Shown here piece by piece: positions 52,124-61,182 of a DNA stretch of 64,000 nt. The stretch comes from a virus. Numbering within the stretch: position 1 is the first letter of the stretch; each line of letters begins with the position of its first letter. A program made the position numbers and the translations under genes. The stretch spans positions 1 to 64,000 of IMG/VR virus record IMGVR_UViG_3300048588_001019; one strand, given 5' to 3'. Under the pieces are notes generated by a model, which saw nothing but the letters and a program-made list of their open reading frames with translations, ran no database searches and was not told the origin of the DNA.

Positions 52124-53443
52124 TTATACCGCTGACAGAGTATTTATCTGAATTTTTGAGGAAGGAGCTGTTTTTTGCCAGACAGTACATTGTATGCCAG
52201 CAACGTCTTTTGTATCAGCAGTCAAAACCTCAGAATGCCCTGTCTTATAGCAGTCCATGTTAGAGGCCAGCATAGACAACTCTTGGTCTAAAACCACTAT
52301 TGGAAACGTGTATTCGTCTTTATCTTGCCCATATCCGGTAATTCTAAGGGCTTTTGCTTGCATTTCGAGCCTCTTCGCCACTCCGGCCATTTCTCCGGAA
52401 ATCGTTGTTTTCATTCGTTTTTGAGGCCCTTGAAGACCAATAAATCCGATCCCAGCTGACATTCCAATGTCAAAGTTTAAGGAGATATTCAATTTCGATT
52501 GAATTTCTTCATGGATTTTTGTGGCTAAGGCATTCGCGAACTCTAGGGCATGTAAAACGACTTCTCCCCTGCTTTCACCTTCTTCGAAAAAAATCACGAA
52601 CAGTTCATCGGCCCACCAATCGGCGTAGTAGCAACCGGACGGTACATTACGGTCCAGTTGCTCCCAGACAATGTCATAATATATTCTGAAAAGTTCGGAT
52701 ATTTGGGCGGGTGTATGAGTCTTGGCAAGGGACTGATACCCTCGCCAGTCCGAAGACAGGCAAACTGCAAAGCGATCTTTGGCCTCAAAGACCTTTCTCA
52801 AATCACGGCTCTTCTCTTGCATCAGGGCTAAATGCCAAGCAAGTTTTGGCGGAACTAGAGCCCGAAAGTTTTCATAGCGAACCTGTATTCCACTGAAAAA
52901 TTCCCGTCGCAAATAAAACATTATTCCGTAGCTAAACAAGTGGCAGAGAATATAATGTAGGATTTCATTTTGTTGAGTCGATTGTGATAAATAGTTTGTT
53001 AGTAAAGCTCCTGCTGTTGATAATGCGAGAAGTATGGTGTTGGCCTGTCCGAAGCGATGGGTGATAAATGACGAAAAGAATGCAATTAGGAGTGAGCCAG
53101 TGGACACGGTTTGAATATAATCTTTTCCCGTGATTTGTAAAAACACCATAAACAGCCAGTTAATACCGACTACTGGCACTACTAGCAAAACGAGGTCTCT
53201 TAATCGACTCTTGGGGAGTAGTTTTTCGCCTATAAGAACTCCGGCACAAAAGAGTAAAAAGGCCACCCGCCAGGGAAGATAAGGCGCTGCGCCGCCTTGC
53301 TTGAAAGTAACGTGGTCTAGCGGAATCTGAATAGCCATATTAATCAGACCTATCCAGCCGATGACCTTGATGTAGCGAGGAGCATGTAAATCGGCCCATT
53401 CCCGAGCCAGCGATTTCGCTCCCAATCTAGACAAAATAGACAT
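52124..53443 (-). CDS. Membrane-bound class III cyclase-like protein with divergent active site
   Basis: About six TM; SSDWRGY, ADWWADEL, DIGMSAG, VAKRLE. Confidence 0.75.
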   Translation of the reverse strand: MSILSRLGAKSLAREWADLHAPRYIKVIGWIGLINMAIQIPLDHVTFKQGGAAPYLPWRVAFLLFCAGVLIGEKLLPKSRLRDLVLLVVPVVGINWLFMVFLQITGKDYIQTVSTGSLLIAFFSSFITHRFGQANTILLALSTAGALLTNYLSQSTQQNEILHYILCHLFSYGIMFYLRREFFSGIQVRYENFRALVPPKLAWHLALMQEKSRDLRKVFEAKDRFAVCLSSDWRGYQSLAKTHTPAQISELFRIYYDIVWEQLDRNVPSGCYYADWWADELFVIFFEEGESRGEVVLHALEFANALATKIHEEIQSKLNISLNFDIGMSAGIGFIGLQGPQKRMKTTISGEMAGVAKRLEMQAKALRITGYGQDKDEYTFPIVVLDQELSMLASNMDCYKTGHSEVLTADTKDVAGIQCTVWQKTAPSSKIQINTLSAV

Positions 53444-53476
53444 CCACCATGCTCCTAATAAATAATCGGGTTTAGG

Positions 53477-53815
53477 TTAAAATAACCCGACTTCTTTGCA
53501 GGTCCACATCAACCCGCACTTTCTTGGCTGTTCGCACTCAACAATCATCTGACTTGGTATCCTCTGAGGATAGGGGAGTCTGAGGCCTTCCTGGCAATCA
53601 CACTTCCAGCTATAAAAAGCAAGAATTGCTTCGCACTGTTCAAGTGCAGACTTATAGGTTGACCCATAGAACGATATCGAATCGTACTCTTTTTTGCCAG
53701 AATCCTTCCATGTGTAATATAGGTCGACTCGTTTTTGGCAGCCGCCGAAAAATATAGCCAATAAAAATAGCACTGAGATTGAACGAAAGCTCTGGATATC
53801 GAGATGGATTCGCAA
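53477..53815 (-). CDS. Small Cys-containing lipoprotein
   Basis: FLLAIFFGGC lipobox. Confidence 0.55.
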   Translation of the reverse strand: MRIHLDIQSFRSISVLFLLAIFFGGCQKRVDLYYTWKDSGKKEYDSISFYGSTYKSALEQCEAILAFYSWKCDCQEGLRLPYPQRIPSQMIVECEQPRKCGLMWTCKEVGLF

Positions 53816-53845
53816 AGAATGTTCCTCTAGGTTGGTGAGTGTTGT

Positions 53846-55189
53846 TTAACCAGCTTTTGATTTGGCAGCCAAAGCTTCTGCCCAGTAGTAAACAGAAGAA
53901 GCTGAGGGTGCATCTCTTACCTTTTCTGAGGTAAGGCTAAAGCTGTTATAGTCAGTCTTGTGCGATGCCGAAAGATTGCTAAAAAATTCTTCAGAAACAA
54001 TTATTATATTTCCTTCTGCCCCCAAAAGCGGAAGGAGGGTCTTTCTAAACGACTCATAACGAGTTGCCAAAACAATTCCATTTCCAAATAAGTCGTATTC
54101 TTGAGCTCCAGTGGCTGGAAATCCACCAATTACTGTGTCATAGACTATGCCGATGCCGCAGTATATATTCCCATTTTTACTCGTAAAATATCGCTCGACT
54201 TCACTATTAAATACCTGCACAAAACTCATAGCTAAAGAATGAGCTTCGTCAAACATGGAAGCTCCACTTACTTTGAAAGGGAATCCGACTGAGCAAAGAA
54301 AGCCGTCGCCCATCTCTTTTATTCTGAAGGCCGAGGCGAACACATCCGTGCCCTCGAATCTATATCCCGTCATCATAAGCTTGTGGCATCGCTTCATAAC
54401 ATTTTCAAAGAAGAGGTGGTTCTCTTTGTGACCGATTTTTGAGGAATTTTGAATATCAAATGAAATAATGCAGCATTTTGATTCGCCGCTAGGCATGGTT
54501 GATTGAAGTTTAACCCCGTCTTCAATCATGTTGACTTGGTGTTTGTAGAGGATTTTTGATATTTCCTCGTAAGCGTGAACTTTCGCGTCATTTGCTAATC
54601 CAGATACATAGAACTTGTATCGCATTAAAATAGCCGCGAACACTGAAAGAGCCAATGCCATGGAAAGATATGCAATTGTCTCGATGGAATTTTTTAGCAG
54701 AGCTTCGATATTAAAAATAATGAAAATAAGAGAATTAAGGAATATACATATCGTTTGGCGAATAAAAAGGTTTTTAAGCCAAGGATGAAATGCGAAGGCC
54801 ACAGTGAAGAATATGTTCATGCCAAGATAATTGTGGTTAAGGAAGTCCTCGTGTCTCAGTGCAGAATAGACGGAAACAATCCAGGCGGTTTCGATAATAA
54901 AAACGGAGCAAATTATTTCCCAGAATATCCAAGGCCTTTCTTGAATGAGTTTGAAATGCTTGGCGAATAAAGAGTATGAGAAAAACAGTAACGCTGTTGT
55001 AAAGTGACTGAGGCATAGTACTGGTGTTTTGGTTTCAATTCCGCATATTACACCAACAATCAAAATCGCTGCGCCACCAAACCGATAGGGCATTGCCGCA
55101 GCGTAGTATTGATGATAGTCACGAGCGAAAGCTTTAAGATATCGCTGCTTGTGGTTTTTGCAATACTTGGTGACTTCAAGTCTGTCCAT
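53846..55189 (-). CDS. Membrane-bound class III adenylate/guanylate cyclase
   Basis: TM region; SFDIQNSS, RIKEMGDG, YDLFG..LATRYE; paralogous to 48051. Confidence 0.85.
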   Translation of the reverse strand: MDRLEVTKYCKNHKQRYLKAFARDYHQYYAAAMPYRFGGAAILIVGVICGIETKTPVLCLSHFTTALLFFSYSLFAKHFKLIQERPWIFWEIICSVFIIETAWIVSVYSALRHEDFLNHNYLGMNIFFTVAFAFHPWLKNLFIRQTICIFLNSLIFIIFNIEALLKNSIETIAYLSMALALSVFAAILMRYKFYVSGLANDAKVHAYEEISKILYKHQVNMIEDGVKLQSTMPSGESKCCIISFDIQNSSKIGHKENHLFFENVMKRCHKLMMTGYRFEGTDVFASAFRIKEMGDGFLCSVGFPFKVSGASMFDEAHSLAMSFVQVFNSEVERYFTSKNGNIYCGIGIVYDTVIGGFPATGAQEYDLFGNGIVLATRYESFRKTLLPLLGAEGNIIIVSEEFFSNLSASHKTDYNSFSLTSEKVRDAPSASSVYYWAEALAAKSKAG

Positions 55190-55511
55190 TTTAGATTTTC
55201 CAATATGTCTGGATATTTGCTCTTATTATAACGGCAAGGTTAAGGGATTCACAATGTAGTGAACCGAGCGAGAGGTGAGAAATTAAGCAGTAGGCGGGGT
55301 TCCACTTTATTGTGAATCAAAATGAGGTCTGAAAGAGTGGTTGTGGGGTCCGCGATGGGGACTATGAGCCGCGGCAGGTTATTATCTATATTTGCTCTCA
55401 ACCGACCAAGCAGAGTGTTTTGATGATGGGGGATTGTTCGCTTTTCGGATGGCTGGTATACAAAGGGGCTGGTTTTCTCACCGATCCAGCGGACCGGCCA
55501 AAGGGAGGCGA

Positions 55512-55946
55512 ATGCGGACTTATCCATGGGCAAAGGTTAAAGAGCTGATTGATAAGGGTCTCGTGACCATCCCTGGTTCCTGTCAAGCTCGGTATATGCT
55601 CGACCGCGGCATCTTAAATTCCGCGTCTGGCAGAGTGCAAGCTAAGCAAGAGATGAAAGCTGGAATCCGGCTCCTTGAAAACGAACTTTTTAGCCACGTC
55701 TTCTCACCAGAACCTACTAAAAAATTCGATGTCTATGGTCTACCAAATTATCTTAGTTGGGATTGGTATGTTAAAGTTACAATAATGGATTTCGATGATG
55801 GCCAGGGCGACATTGTTGTTAATGCTTCGTTTCATCTCCCTGAACGCGATCTGCATAACGAGGCTAAAACAAAAATAATCTGTATGTGCGAGGATAAGCA
55901 GAGGCAGCGCAAGGTCGAGTTAGGCGAAATTGATGGTGATTTATAG
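55512..55946 (+). CDS. MqsR-like RelE-fold toxin
   Basis: GGGAGG RBS; DVYG...WYVK...ASFH pattern; upstream of a Zn-finger/HTH gene. Confidence 0.6.
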   Translation: MRTYPWAKVKELIDKGLVTIPGSCQARYMLDRGILNSASGRVQAKQEMKAGIRLLENELFSHVFSPEPTKKFDVYGLPNYLSWDWYVKVTIMDFDDGQGDIVVNASFHLPERDLHNEAKTKIICMCEDKQRQRKVELGEIDGDL

Positions 55947-55976
55947 AGCTAGTCATTTCAGTGTATTAATGACATA

Positions 55977-56015
55977 CTTGACATTATGTCAAGTTTTTCC
56001 TGGAAATGCCGATAG
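55977..56015 (+). promoter_or_regulatory. Palindromic operator overlapping a sigma28-type promoter of the antitoxin
   Basis: CTTGACAT-T-ATGTCAAG (55977-55993); TCAA-N15-GCCGATAG (55989-56015). Confidence 0.55.
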
Positions 56016-56045
56016 AATCTGTGTTATGAGGACCTCGGAGGATCT

Positions 56046-56756
56046 ATGGCTATCTCTTGCACAAATTGCGATGGTAATATCCTGAAACGACAGGCAAAAG
56101 GAGAATTCTTCTCTTTTGGTGAATTTGGCAAGGTTAGACTTACTCAAGATCTCGAAATTCGATTTTGCGACAAATGTCATGAAACTTACCTACTTATGGA
56201 TGATTCTAGTCTTGACGACGCGTTAGAAGCATCCTTATCTGAAAATGTCCGTGAAGTGTTGGAAGAAATAAAGTCACGACATTCTATCAAAGCAAAAGAA
56301 ATTGCGAATTTCTGCGGAATCACACCTGAAACGCTTTCCCGCTTTAAACAAAGTGGAGAAAATGGAAGGCTTGTTCCTTCTGAAATATTCCTGATTCTAA
56401 AAAGAATTGCAATTGAAGGTCGGTCCTTTATAGACAAAGCCCTCAATGAAACATGGGAACGGAAAGAAAATCCTCGCGCTGTTCGGCCTTATGCTGATAA
56501 TCCACAGAATTCAAGGTTCGATCTTGATCTTGTTGTCTATAGTAGACATGGGCATATAGTGGCTTTTGAAGCAAAAAATGCCGGCTGGAGCCAGGGGACC
56601 AATCAAACCCGCACTTCTATCAACCGAATGAAATATGTTTTCGATAATGAACGCGAATCGTTGTGGCATGCTTCTCGGTTTTCTACTTTTAATAATAGTG
56701 AACTATTGCCTGTCAGCCGTCTAGAATGTAAATCCCGGAATCAACGCGCTAAGTGA
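56046..56756 (+). CDS. MqsA-like antitoxin (Zn ribbon plus HTH) with a C-terminal extension
   Basis: CTNC..CDKCHETY; AKEIANFCGITPETLSRF; DLDLVVY..VAFEAK. Confidence 0.7.
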   Translation: MAISCTNCDGNILKRQAKGEFFSFGEFGKVRLTQDLEIRFCDKCHETYLLMDDSSLDDALEASLSENVREVLEEIKSRHSIKAKEIANFCGITPETLSRFKQSGENGRLVPSEIFLILKRIAIEGRSFIDKALNETWERKENPRAVRPYADNPQNSRFDLDLVVYSRHGHIVAFEAKNAGWSQGTNQTRTSINRMKYVFDNERESLWHASRFSTFNNSELLPVSRLECKSRNQRAK

Positions 56757-56772
56757 TTCCCATTCAACGCTC

Positions 56773-57202
56773 CTAATCACCCATCCTAATTTTTGTATTG
56801 CGTGTCCGAATCTTCTGCTGGACTGAATGCAAGCGTGTCCATTAGCTCGTCCACACTCATGACTTCGCTAATATCTTTGAGGCACTCTAAATCTAAAGTA
56901 AATGGATCGTCTAAAAGGCAGTTCATTTTGCTGAATAGGACCGTAGTTCTCTTTCATGCTGATACCCAATATCTTTTACGAATCCCAGCTCTTGATCGCT
57001 GATATGGACCTTGGTCCCTTTAAGTGGTCTGTAGTCCACAAGCCTTGCTTCAATATCGATTCCAAATGATTGGGCTGCCCGCTTTGGTCTGACATTGAAC
57101 TGGGTCCAACCAAACATAAGGCTTTTCGTGCCTTCCGAAACTATTCATTCTTTTTGAAATACTTAGTGTGCTAACAAACTGGGCAATATTTTCATCAGTC
57201 AT
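56773..57202 (-). pseudogene. Frameshifted DUF2971-like remnant
   Basis: FVKDIGYQHERELR motif; coding-like sequence spread over three frames. Confidence 0.4.
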
Positions 57203-57228
57203 GGGCTCGCTGCCCCAAAAGGCGATAT

Positions 57229-58266
57229 TCAAGTTGGTATGACTTCTACCCCAGGTCCTGGAACTTCTAGCGAACGGATTGGTGGAGTATTTGGCAACGA
57301 GAGAATCTCTCCTAAATATGTTAGCGTTTGAATGAATAACGCTTGTGCTTCAGACCCGGTCACATCACTATGCACGCCTGTCGATACCCTTTCATATAGA
57401 TTCGAAAGTGCCTGCCGGAATTTTTTCCTCCTAGAATCACTCGTTACTCTCGCCCGAATATACGCATTGAGCCGATTTAAGTGATTGGACGGACCTAACT
57501 TGACCTCATTGTCATCCATCTCCATTGTTTCTGCTTGCGGGGGGAAGATTGCGTCAGAGAAGGAATCAATAATTCTTCGGCAGGAAGATAAAGCTTGGCT
57601 TATAGCTTCCGCATCGCCATCCGCAAGCCTTTCGTATACTGCAGGAATTTTTTTGAGAACGTCAGCAGAGATTGATGCTAGCCTCTTATCAAGCTCAATC
57701 TTGTATCTTTCAAATATGCTCTCTGCGACAGCACTAAATTTCCGTTCATAATAGATCCTTGAAGTAAAATCATGAATCAACCCAATTACTTTAGATCGAA
57801 TGCCGGCAGCCTTTACAATATAGTCTCCCAACCCACGCCTTTCCAGGGCTTGGGAACTCAAATGGCTTTGAATTTGGGCAAAACCGTCGGTAACTCGTTC
57901 ATGTGGATTCGCACTGGTTGGAGCCCAATTGATGCTTAAGGTGCTGATAGTGTTTAGCCGTGTTTGACTGGTTTCCATCGACGCAAGTATTTCAGATAGC
58001 GAACCCCAGTAACCAGTATTCTTGGAAGCATCAATCCATCTGCCTGTGAATCCCATGTATCGCTTACCGGTTTCGTCTGCTCGGAAGCCCATCACTTCAT
58101 ATTGCAACCATGTTAGAGTTTCAGACGTGTCGGTGATACGGGCAAGGCGGGTTGCTTTAAGAACGATTTGGGTAGGAGTAATACGGCTAAGTTCTATGTC
58201 GTCTAAGATTTCTTGGGCTAATGAGATTACGTGCTGACCTTTGTTCTCGATAGCTTTGTCGCTCAT
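57229..58266 (-). CDS. AbiTii-domain protein
   Basis: ILDDIELS..IVLKATRLAR..WLQYEVMG; C-terminal SCRRII...STGVH. Confidence 0.75.
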   Translation of the reverse strand: MSDKAIENKGQHVISLAQEILDDIELSRITPTQIVLKATRLARITDTSETLTWLQYEVMGFRADETGKRYMGFTGRWIDASKNTGYWGSLSEILASMETSQTRLNTISTLSINWAPTSANPHERVTDGFAQIQSHLSSQALERRGLGDYIVKAAGIRSKVIGLIHDFTSRIYYERKFSAVAESIFERYKIELDKRLASISADVLKKIPAVYERLADGDAEAISQALSSCRRIIDSFSDAIFPPQAETMEMDDNEVKLGPSNHLNRLNAYIRARVTSDSRRKKFRQALSNLYERVSTGVHSDVTGSEAQALFIQTLTYLGEILSLPNTPPIRSLEVPGPGVEVIPT

Positions 58267-58479
58267 ATTGGAATCACCATAATGCAAGGATTAGTGAGTT
58301 TTAGAAGTATAGTAGCGATTTTTTTGCTTACTATGCTGAATTTCAACTAATGTCGTGGCACGGAGCTCTTAACCAACATTCATATCAAAAATTTGCCTCG
58401 GAAATCAATAAAATGCGCGACGCATTCTCGATTTTTAGGAGAATATAGAATTTGAAGTGCGAAACCAGCGCCGCATTCA

Positions 58480-58720
58480 CTTTCTTAAAAAGGCAGGTTA
58501 TAGTGGCGTCTGAATTGAAGGAAGGCTATATGCGACGCGTATTTGCAGACATCGAAGATTGAGAGATAGACAGCTTGGGCTTTCATTGCCTGTACTGCAA
58601 AAGTCCACCTGATTGAAGAAAAGCCTACGGCGAGTTCCATTGGTGCTCTCCGTGCTGACTGCGACGCAGGATTTTTGTTACGCTTTTAGAAAATGAACGG
58701 AATCATATCGCAATGTGAAT
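58480..58720 (+). pseudogene. Degenerate small zinc-finger gene, copy A
   Basis: GAAGGAAG RBS, ATGCGACGCGTATTTGCAGACATCGAAGAT..., in-frame stop; aligns with 59987-60222. Confidence 0.85.
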
Positions 58721-58790
58721 TCAGAGGGATTTCATGTGAGATAAAATGCCTGAAGTCTTCTTTGATATTTTGTCAGTTTTTCTCGTCAGC

Positions 58791-59834
58791 CTATCGCTTT
58801 GCGATGTATGTGGTCATAGATTGAATGCCGGTAAGTACACTCTGAAGTAATGTCTGCTGAAATGCTTTTGCATAGTCTGGTAGTTCATGCATACAGAATG
58901 TGCCCTTGAGAATCCAGCTGCACGATGAGGCTGCTAAATCTGCACCCTGAATTCCTTTGGACTTATTTGAACTCAGGAAATCAACTTGACCATTAAAGAA
59001 TGGACCCACTGTTATTCCACGACTTGGGTCATCGTCATACGGATTTGAAATGTGTTTGCTTTTCTCTCCATTTACAGCTTTAGCCACCCAAGAGAATGAT
59101 TTTTGATACTGAAGTTGCTCATCGAAATACAGCTTTCCATGCGAAAAATCTTCTCTAACGAATAATCTTGATAGACATTGAATCATCATCGAAAAGGCAT
59201 GGAAATTTGGACTGCAATGCTCGATAAATGGATGCTCGATCCCTCCAGGATCGGGGGGTATAGTACACTCAAGGAACTCTTCTTCACGCAACCTAAGAAT
59301 CCAGGAAAACACTTCTTCTTTCAATTTTGAGTCAATGATGTATCTATCAATGTCCATCTTGGCTTTCAAAAGTTTATCTTTGTTTGAGGCTGCTAGCGCA
59401 TGAATAAAATTTTGACGCAATGTGATAGGTATTTTTTCGCAAATCGTAGCAGTTAAGCTCTGCTTTATGTCAGGAGTAAAGAATGTTTCATACGGCACAT
59501 TTTCATTGTAGGCCGAATCGAGTAAGTATTCTGTACACATTATACCGCCGAAGAAGTCCTTCTCAATAATGCTATAGCAGAGTTCAATACTATTCCTTTT
59601 GAGTTCGGACATCAGAAGCTCAAATGTTGGAAAGTTTCGTCTTCTCTTTAAGGAACCAAATTTAAGCTCTTCGAGACCATTTCTTGCGTTTAAAATCATG
59701 TGTTCGATTAAATCGACTTTCGATTCTCTGAATGCAAAAGCCGCGATCACAAAATATGGCTGTTCTTGATCAAGGATGTTTGATCCTGTATTGCCTGACT
59801 CGTCCATGAATATTACTAGGTCGTCATTATTCAA
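58791..59834 (-). CDS. DUF3800-domain protein
   Basis: FMDESGNTG, ELKF, FDEQ, GIQGADL. Confidence 0.85.
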   Translation of the reverse strand: MNNDDLVIFMDESGNTGSNILDQEQPYFVIAAFAFRESKVDLIEHMILNARNGLEELKFGSLKRRRNFPTFELLMSELKRNSIELCYSIIEKDFFGGIMCTEYLLDSAYNENVPYETFFTPDIKQSLTATICEKIPITLRQNFIHALAASNKDKLLKAKMDIDRYIIDSKLKEEVFSWILRLREEEFLECTIPPDPGGIEHPFIEHCSPNFHAFSMMIQCLSRLFVREDFSHGKLYFDEQLQYQKSFSWVAKAVNGEKSKHISNPYDDDPSRGITVGPFFNGQVDFLSSNKSKGIQGADLAASSCSWILKGTFCMHELPDYAKAFQQTLLQSVLTGIQSMTTYIAKR

Positions 59835-59986
59835 TTTCTAAGCTCCGGCTTGGATGGCTTGTCTAAATAGCTGACCAAAAAGATCTGATCGAAGCAAGTT
59901 AATTTTTTATGTCACATTGTTTGAACGCAAAGACTTCCCTCATTCCGCGGCAGGCACTTCACGTGCGGAAGTTGTCCCGCATTACC

Positions 59987-60222
59987 TTTCGAAAAAAGCT
60001 GGTTTATAGTCGCTTCTGAACTGAAGGAAAGACTTATGCAACGTGTATTTGCCGACATCGAAGATAGATAATCAGATAGCCGGGGCTGCCATTGTCCCTA
60101 GTGTAAAGTTTACTTGACTGAAGATAAGTCAACGAGAGTTCCATTGATACCCGATGCAGAGATTGCGATGCAGATTTTCTTGTTACCTTTTTTGACGAGA
60201 AAGGGAACGATGCCGCATGTGA
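59987..60222 (+). pseudogene. Degenerate small zinc-finger gene, copy B
   Basis: ATGCAACGTGTATTTGCCGACATCGAAGAT..., in-frame stops; direct repeat of 58480-58720. Confidence 0.85.
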
Positions 60223-60268
60223 TTTCTTGCAAATTAGTTGCGCACGAATTCAAGATCTTTCGCCGCAC

Positions 60269-60419
60269 GGGTCCTTTCCCCAATAAAAACGCGAGGGTGA
60301 CGATCAACCGCCCCCTCCCGCTTGGTTTCAAAAAAAATTTGCGTCACCGGCACCACTTGCCTTCGTGAACGCCTTTAGCTGAAAGACTTCCAGATTAGGT
60401 CCTGGTAAATTTGTGGACA
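60269..60419 (+). other. Lambda-like cos packaging region
   Basis: GGGTCCTTTCC (lambda cosQ context), GGGTGACGATCA at 60295 (8/12 match to the lambda cohesive end), A-tract, directly upstream of TerS. Confidence 0.7.
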
Positions 60420-60531
60420 TTACGATGCCCCTGCCCACCGGATGAAGCCGGACCGTCAAGGGATTTATGCATTCCCTGCGTCCGCAAATTTGCGGACACT
60501 CACAAACTTTCTGGTGGATCAGATATGAGTT

Positions 60532-61182
60532 ATGAATCGATTCTGCCGGATAAGCCGGCTCAGGAGTCATGCTTTGGATTTGCCAACAGCTTCGATCAGA
60601 GAATTTGCCCGGATAGTTGGGGTCAACCATTCGGCTGTGCTGAGGGCGATCAAGAATGGGACAAGGCTTGAGGGAGCGGTCATTCAGGATAAGGATGGCA
60701 CTCGAATCATAATTTCGCTTGGGTGCCACGCCTGGATTCAGAACAAGGATCATAGAAAGGACAATCGGCCGGCGGATACAGCATCTGACTGGTCCCATGA
60801 TGAAATGAGCGTGACCGAGGCCAACCGGGTCAAGCGACACTATGAAGCCCTGCTGGAGAAACTGACCTTTGAGCGGGAGGCCGGGAGGCTGACAAGCATT
60901 GATAAGTTCCGTACCGAGGCATTTACCGTCGCCCGTGGCGCGAGGGACAGCCTCCTCAATATCCCCAATGAAAGTGAAAATGAGTTGAAGCGACTTATCG
61001 TGGAATTTCTCCGAAAAAGGCATGGGGACGATTCGGTGACAGTTCATGCGAAGGATCTTGATGAGATGGGACTCGCATTCCGCACCTTTCAAAAGGCCAC
61101 GATCAAAAAAGCACTAAGAGATATGCTCCACGAACGCTTTGGTGCTGCGGTGCTCTCATCGGAGAAGTCCGTTGAAGCGTGA
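60532..61182 (+). CDS. Terminase small subunit (start probably TTG ~60580)
   Basis: SIREFARIVGVNHSAVLRAI HTH; ARDSLLNIP; overlaps TerL. Confidence 0.8.
   Translation: MNRFCRISRLRSHALDLPTASIREFARIVGVNHSAVLRAIKNGTRLEGAVIQDKDGTRIIISLGCHAWIQNKDHRKDNRPADTASDWSHDEMSVTEANRVKRHYEALLEKLTFEREAGRLTSIDKFRTEAFTVARGARDSLLNIPNESENELKRLIVEFLRKRHGDDSVTVHAKDLDEMGLAFRTFQKATIKKALRDMLHERFGAAVLSSEKSVEA

Noticed and set aside
48051-55189. Pycsar/CBASS call for the cyclases
   Set aside because: No adjacent cNMP-binding, TIR or other effector; sensor-TM architecture fits signalling cyclases
13350-60260. Integron cassette array
   Set aside because: No IntI or tyrosine recombinase, no attC-type GTTRRRY hairpins seen, and cargo lies on both strands
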